A DNA stretch of 40,121 nucleotides from a virus (Duplodnaviria; Caudoviricetes): positions 1 to 40,121 of the IMG/VR virus record IMGVR_UViG_3300049049_000041. One strand, given 5' to 3'. Positions 35,716 through 40,121 of this stretch are shown here, one piece after another (the stretch's first letter is position 1; each line of letters starts with the position of its first letter). The notes beneath the pieces were generated by a model. The model was not told the origin of the DNA, searched no databases, and was given only the letters and a program-made list of their open reading frames with translations. The translations under genes and the position numbers were made by a program.

Positions 35716-36305
35716 CACACAATCTCCAGAGGAACACCAAGCCAATCAGCAACAGCCTTTTGTGCTTGGATGTGGTACATGAAGAGATCAAAACGGTTCT
35801 TCATGTCGATCGTCTTCACACCATTAAGCGTGATATAAGATCGACTATCGCCTTCAAAAACGCAGCCGTCCCTATGAAGACGAATAAGAAGGATATCCCT
35901 GCTATCACAATGTCGAAGAACTGTTTCCGCCTCTTCCACAAAGCCACTATCACTGATGACTGTAACCTTCGTACTAGTCGGATCATAGAGCCTCGTAACC
36001 ATCATACGACCGAAGATGTCTTTACCGAATTTAGGCTTCATGACCTCTTCACTATACCAAATATAAAGATCACGAGGCTTAAAACCATAACACACACCTT
36101 GAGGAGTATCTTTCCATTCCTTACCGAACTTCCTTTCTGCATCTTCACAGCTATAAGGAATGTTCAGCATCTTATGCACAGCATCCTTAACCGGGCGTGC
36201 AAACTTCTCATGTCTAGTATCAAACTTAGCCATGATAGCTTTTGCGAACTCATCCTTACCACTGCCAGCAGGTCCATTCACTAGTACGATTTTACGCTTT
36301 AGCAT
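35715..36305 (-). CDS. Deoxynucleoside monophosphate kinase
   Basis: NGPAGSGKD, KFARPVK, VISDSGF..E, FEGDSR; start at MLKRK. Confidence 0.85.
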   Translation of the reverse strand: MLKRKIVLVNGPAGSGKDEFAKAIMAKFDTRHEKFARPVKDAVHKMLNIPYSCEDAERKFGKEWKDTPQGVCYGFKPRDLYIWYSEEVMKPKFGKDIFGRMMVTRLYDPTSTKVTVISDSGFVEEAETVLRHCDSRDILLIRLHRDGCVFEGDSRSYITLNGVKTIDMKNRFDLFMYHIQAQKAVADWLGVPLEIV

Positions 36306-36510
36306 CGTACGGCTCTCTACCAGTGATTTCAGGGAAGTCACCAACAGTTGCAATCTTCATGTCGATATAGCCAAGCAACTGTTTAGTGTCACGATCACGA
36401 ACAGAATATCTATGATCACCTTGACGCATTGCTTGGCGCAAGTGATTTTCTACAGCTTCTCGCGGTCCTGAATACTCAATCACACGCAACACACGTACGA
36501 TATCACTCAT
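36292..36510 (-). CDS. Hypothetical protein
   Basis: VLRVIEYSGPREAVE; coupled in operon. Confidence 0.7.
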   Translation of the reverse strand: MSDIVRVLRVIEYSGPREAVENHLRQAMRQGDHRYSVRDRDTKQLLGYIDMKIATVGDFPEITGREPYDAKA

Positions 36511-36514
36511 GGTC

Positions 36515-36736
36515 TTAGCCCTTGATCATGCCAAGTACAATCATATCCATTTCCAAACGAGTGTGCGGATTAATTCGCTGATTAGCATGCTTACTGGTAC
36601 GAGGACGACGAAAGCCCTTACCATTCGTAAGCTCACGCATAAGCATATGCAAATCGATACGAGCTTCTAGAACAGCAGTGGCTTGACGCTTGTTAGTAAT
36701 AACACGCGGCAGATGAAGCGGAAGAAGGACGTTCAT
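36515..36736 (-). CDS. Hypothetical basic protein
   Basis: GGAG RBS; in operon. Confidence 0.65.
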   Translation of the reverse strand: MNVLLPLHLPRVITNKRQATAVLEARIDLHMLMRELTNGKGFRRPRTSKHANQRINPHTRLEMDMIVLGMIKG

Positions 36737-36740
36737 TTGT

Positions 36741-37994
36741 TTACTCCGAAGTTACAGACTTAGCCAAACTGAATTGATCAGTGATGATCATTGCATGCTT
36801 CTTGGCACGAGTTAGTCCGGTATAGAAGTTACTACGCCCTTGCATAAAGCTAGTGCTCTTGTTGAGGATGTAAATGATGTGATTATATTCAGAGCCCTGG
36901 ACTTTATGCGTAGTAAGTGCATATGCGAGATCGACATCTTTACGAGGATCAATCTCTACAGTCTTACCATATGAATTGATGACAGGAAGAATAGGTGGAA
37001 TGACGGCTTCACGGTCGCCAAGATCAATGACAACTTCACCGTATTCACTGCACTCAATTACGATACCAGTCTCGCCATTGTAAACTTTGAGATCGTAATT
37101 GTTCTTTGTGATGATGACCTTATCACCAATACGCACACGCATATTCACATCTTTAGCCCAATCATGTCGCGGCAGATGTACCCATCCGTCGCTTTCGGGC
37201 CTAAAGATATTCTGCATCTGTTGGTTCAGCTTAACCGTGCCGATCCAACTGTTCTTCTGTTGCGTGATGATTTGATTTTCAGGCTTGGAGAAGTCGATAT
37301 TGTTATCGAGTTTATCCAATACATATTCGATAATCGTATCGATAGGTCGGTCAGTGATTTTGAGATCACAATCGGGAAAACGAGTGGGAGCACGGCGGCG
37401 AAGAATGCGATCAGCGTTAGTAATGATGCCAGAGCCTTCGTCTTGTCTATGAATAGTTTCAAGGACAATGCCGGAGAATTTGGTGAGAAGGATTTGGAAG
37501 GGGGAGGGTTCGGTTTGGAGTTTCTTGCTCTCTTCGACGGGCTTCAACTGATTGATGTCCCCGAACACTCTAATAGCACCGCCAGCGGGGATAGCGTCGA
37601 AGAGATTGCGGTGCGTTTCGTGGTTCACCATTGCATATTCATCTGCAAGAACCACATCGTATTCAATTGGATTACTACGATCTCTCTTGGGAAAGCTCTC
37701 AAATCGAGGCTTGCCAGTCTTGGGATCAGGCTCTCCTGGGTGACTATACTCTAGAAGCCTGTGAATAGTCAGTGCTTCAATACCAGTTGCTTCAAAAATA
37801 CGCTTAGCTGCTTTACCAGTTGTTGAGCAAAGTACTACGCGATAACCTGCGGCGGTGAGTGCCGTGTATACAGCAAGCAAAAGGCGGGTCTTGCCTGTGC
37901 CAGCTTTACCTGTAACAGCAACGACCCGCCTTTTTATATCACAACACGCTTCAATAGCTTCACGCTGCTTTGCATCCCATACGATTTCTACCAT
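36741..37994 (-). CDS. RecD/Dda-like SF1B helicase
   Basis: GKAGTGKT, TGKAA, TIHRLL, DEYAMV, GDINQL, HRQ, YALTTHKVQGSE, YTGLTRAK. Confidence 0.95.
   Translation of the reverse strand: MVEIVWDAKQREAIEACCDIKRRVVAVTGKAGTGKTRLLLAVYTALTAAGYRVVLCSTTGKAAKRIFEATGIEALTIHRLLEYSHPGEPDPKTGKPRFESFPKRDRSNPIEYDVVLADEYAMVNHETHRNLFDAIPAGGAIRVFGDINQLKPVEESKKLQTEPSPFQILLTKFSGIVLETIHRQDEGSGIITNADRILRRRAPTRFPDCDLKITDRPIDTIIEYVLDKLDNNIDFSKPENQIITQQKNSWIGTVKLNQQMQNIFRPESDGWVHLPRHDWAKDVNMRVRIGDKVIITKNNYDLKVYNGETGIVIECSEYGEVVIDLGDREAVIPPILPVINSYGKTVEIDPRKDVDLAYALTTHKVQGSEYNHIIYILNKSTSFMQGRSNFYTGLTRAKKHAMIITDQFSLAKSVTSE
37313..37332. promoter_or_regulatory. 20-bp palindromic motif copy (1 mismatch, intragenic)
   Basis: TATCCAA TACATA TTCGATA. 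Confidence 0.65.
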
Positions 37995-38145
37995 TCATTT
38001 CTCCGAGAAGAATAGCAGTCTCAATCTCTCTAGCATCAAGCAAGTCGATAAACCTGTCATCTTCTAGAGCATTGAGAACAGTGTCGTTGCTGTTCAGAGG
38101 AGCCTGACCAGTACGCACTGCATGAAACAAGCTATGAACGCTCAT
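37960..38145 (-). CDS. Hypothetical protein
   Basis: GAGGAG RBS. Confidence 0.55.
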   Translation of the reverse strand: MSVHSLFHAVRTGQAPLNSNDTVLNALEDDRFIDLLDAREIETAILLGEMNGRNRMGCKAA

Positions 38146-38395
38146 TGTCAGTCTCCTCTATGTTTGCAGTTACAACGTCTAGAATAGCCTTAGCAGCATA
38201 CACAGAAGTCCATCGCAAAAAGGCACTTTCTTCAATACCTAGATGCTCGCAAGCTTTCTGTATCATGTCGCGATCTTCAAATGTACAGCGAACCCGTAGA
38301 TTAGTACCATACCGGCCCGTCGAATGAATGCCTCTGGCTCGTGGGCGCGGGGTGGGAACAGGGATCGTTATGGTAAGTGGAAGATCGTTCGACAT
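38132..38395 (-). CDS. Ribbon-helix-helix DNA-binding protein
   Basis: NLRVRCTFEDRDMIQKACEHLGIEESAFLR. Confidence 0.75.
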   Translation of the reverse strand: MSNDLPLTITIPVPTPRPRARGIHSTGRYGTNLRVRCTFEDRDMIQKACEHLGIEESAFLRWTSVYAAKAILDVVTANIEETDNERS

Positions 38396-38416
38396 GGCTA
38401 ATTCTTTCTAGATATG

Positions 38417-38455
38417 AAAAAGCGGTGTGCCTGTTATTCCCAAGCACACCGCTTT
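38417..38455 (-). terminator. Rho-independent terminator
   Basis: AAAGCGGTGTGC...GCACACCGCTTTTT. Confidence 0.9.
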
Positions 38456-38480
38456 ATCCAAGTCATGTTAGGTAAGCAGC

Positions 38481-38729
38481 TTACTTGCCGCCAACCTTAA
38501 CCGACTTATAGAAAGCATGCTGCGTGCCTTCCATCTTGACCAGAGCCTCAGCCGCATCCTTGGTCACAGCCAGGAAAACGAGCCGATCCTTGGGGAAATC
38601 GACCGGGTTACCCGCCTCATCAAGGACCTGGGCAACGACGAAGACGGGCTTCGGGGTGACCGGACCACGCGGCTTGCGGGCCTTCTTCTCGGTCGGGGCG
38701 GCAGTCGGGTTAGCAGCGGCATCAGCCAT
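38481..38729 (-). CDS. Small Lys/Ala-rich protein in its own transcription unit
   Basis: AAGGA RBS before MADAA; EKKARKPRGP; GC-rich third positions. Confidence 0.8.
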   Translation of the reverse strand: MADAAANPTAAPTEKKARKPRGPVTPKPVFVVAQVLDEAGNPVDFPKDRLVFLAVTKDAAEALVKMEGTQHAFYKSVKVGGK

Positions 38730-38782
38730 TTTAGTATCCTTTCGGGTCTTAGTTGTCATGTCAGCGTCTCGCTGGTGTTCTC

Positions 38783-38811
38783 TTTGTAGCACCCTTGTAG
38801 GGTACCGACAA
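38783..38811 (-). promoter_or_regulatory. Putative sigma70 promoter
   Basis: TTGTCG-17 nt-TACAAA with TGn extension. Confidence 0.5.
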
Positions 38812-38833
38812 GAGGAAAGTAGTAGGATGGGCG

Positions 38834-38870
38834 AAAAAAGAGGGGGCAGCCTGTTGATTAGCTGCCCCCT
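38834..38870 (-). terminator. Rho-independent terminator
   Basis: AGGGGGCAGC...GCTGCCCCCT CTTTTTT. Confidence 0.9.
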
Positions 38871-38886
38871 GTACCTGCCCTACGCC

Positions 38887-39303
38887 TTACGCAGTGCCGA
38901 CCACACGGTCAATCTGCGCACGGGGCTCACCTTCGAACTCATCGTGCTTGATCGCAATGGTGGCCGAAAGACCGATCCAATCGTTCACGTCAATGCGCTT
39001 GCCCATCTTCGCGCCGATCGCCTCGCAGAACTTACGAACACGAAAACGAGCCTGAGCATTATCTTCGGCAAGCACTCGGTTATACGTAAGAGTCATACCA
39101 TCCGGGTCGCCCTCAGTGAAGTCAACCGGATAGTTCTCAGGAGCAATAAAGAACTTAACAGCATAGAACCTGTTGCCCTTCTGAGACGTCTTAATCTCAA
39201 CGCCTCGGATCTCAGCCGGATACTCACCGACAGGAATAGGGGCCGGGGCTTCAGCAGAAGCAATATCCTCAGAATATTCAACAATGGTCGGAAGCTCAGA
39301 CAT
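38887..39303 (-). CDS. DUF669-like OB-fold protein, putative SSB
   Basis: PIPVGEYPAEIRGVEIKTSQKGN; adjacent to AAA ATPase as in Sak4-SSB pairs. Confidence 0.75.
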   Translation of the reverse strand: MSELPTIVEYSEDIASAEAPAPIPVGEYPAEIRGVEIKTSQKGNRFYAVKFFIAPENYPVDFTEGDPDGMTLTYNRVLAEDNAQARFRVRKFCEAIGAKMGKRIDVNDWIGLSATIAIKHDEFEGEPRAQIDRVVGTA

Positions 39304-39438
39304 GTTATGTTCTCTTCTTTCGATGTTAGCCGATGGCCGGAATGGTTGTTGTAGCACAGTAGTGGCAGAAGATCCAGCCGCTATATCTTGTGCCTGTGCC
39401 TTGCGCCGCCGCCCATTACTGGACTTTGGTGCCTCTTC

Positions 39439-39462
39439 GCTATCCAATACATCTTGGATAGC
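39439..39462. promoter_or_regulatory. Palindromic motif copy with extended arms
   Basis: GC TATCCAA TACATC TTGGATA GC, right after ATPase stop. Confidence 0.9.
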
Positions 39463-39466
39463 TTGT

Positions 39467-40121
39467 TTACTTTGGAAGGGGGATTTTCGCACCGCCATTT
39501 GCTTTCCACTTCTCATGCCAATGTGCGATACCTTCACCCTCGCCGGTATCTGCATTGTACCTAAAGACGAATTCGCCGTTGGTACTGTCAAACATTCTAG
39601 TCTTCATAGGTTTATAAAACCTTACCGGCCGAACTGCAATTCTGCGTTCCTTGCCAGTATCAGACATATGCCAGACTTCAGAAAGCTGCAAGCCTAGGCT
39701 ATCAGCCATCTTACCGCCAAGAGCCATAGTAATTTGTAGCGTAACGCCTTCTTCATTCGTCTGCGGACTGTCTTCGTGTGTGATGATAATGAAGTGCTTA
39801 TTAAGACGCTTCGTCAACCGCATCATCGATACAAGAGCACGCAGCACACGAGCATTTCTGTGGCCGTAACCCTTAAGCCCAAGGTTTTCTGTCTTTGCAC
39901 TATTGACATTGGCAACTGCATTCTCAGAACAAAGCACAGCATATGCCGTTGCACTGTCGAATACAACAGTCTCAATTTCAGTGTGCTCTTTCAAGAACTT
40001 TTCTAGGCCGAATGGGTCATCGTTCATGAACTTGTCAGTAACCGTATGCTTCTCGCCCGACAAGTTCATCACTAGTACATCATCACGACGCATCAAAGCA
40101 AGGTCGCCGTCAGGATCGAAC
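39467..40121 (-). CDS. AAA_24/Sak4-like ATPase, 5'-truncated
   Basis: ETVVFDSAT, GYG, IIITHE; frame open to window edge (FDPDGDLAL); Walker A not in window. Confidence 0.75.
   Translation of the reverse strand, partial: FDPDGDLALMRRDDVLVMNLSGEKHTVTDKFMNDDPFGLEKFLKEHTEIETVVFDSATAYAVLCSENAVANVNSAKTENLGLKGYGHRNARVLRALVSMMRLTKRLNKHFIIITHEDSPQTNEEGVTLQITMALGGKMADSLGLQLSEVWHMSDTGKERRIAVRPVRFYKPMKTRMFDSTNGEFVFRYNADTGEGEGIAHWHEKWKANGGAKIPLPK

Larger units (their letters stand above)
1..40121. mobile_element. Near-complete tailed bacteriophage genome, podovirus-like (no tape measure or sheath; ejection proteins present)
   Basis: Terminase-portal-scaffold-capsid-tail-lysis module plus PolA/helicase replication module; no host genes at either edge; last ORF truncated at 40121. 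Confidence 0.95.

Noticed and set aside
38524-39354. 276-aa plus-strand ORF
   Set aside because: Antisense to two real genes and crosses a terminator
217-39462. Palindromes as CRISPR repeats, att sites or IS ends
   Set aside because: Dispersed with irregular spacing; no cas, integrase or transposase; no target duplications seen
39304-39591. N-terminal extension of the SSB-like ORF
   Set aside because: Overlaps the ATPase end and a palindrome; the recognisable domain begins at MSELP (39303), though a longer form is not strictly excluded
1-40121. Window as an exactly circular complete genome
   Set aside because: Joining the ends gives an ATPase starting MGFDPD with no Walker A, and no terminal overlap was seen; some sequence is probably missing

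Overview
A near-complete, roughly 40 kb genome of a tailed dsDNA phage with short-tail (podovirus-type) gene content, probably infecting an alphaproteobacterium (inference). There are two divergent arms around a non-coding region at about 7130-8100. The rightward arm (8106-29627) encodes terminase, portal, scaffold, capsid, tail, tail fibre, lysis genes, a GNAT protein and ejection proteins. The leftward arm carries small early genes headed by a J-domain protein (7128 to 1) and replication genes (40121 to 29670): AAA ATPase, SSB-like protein, RHH protein, RecD-like helicase, dNMP kinase, UDG-like/PolA polymerase, DUF3987-type helicase, nucleotidyltransferase and dUTPase. No integrase, tRNA, CRISPR array or reverse transcriptase was seen. 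The most striking unexplained signal is a 20-bp palindrome, TAKCCAA-BAYRTV-TTGGMTA, found at least 17 times across the genome, mostly near promoters, terminators and gene starts. Also notable are two tandem mini-proteins sharing SGWE...HPYAEC ends, strong apparent GANTC depletion and several structured non-coding segments. All product calls come from motif recognition and gene order by eye; no database searches were run.
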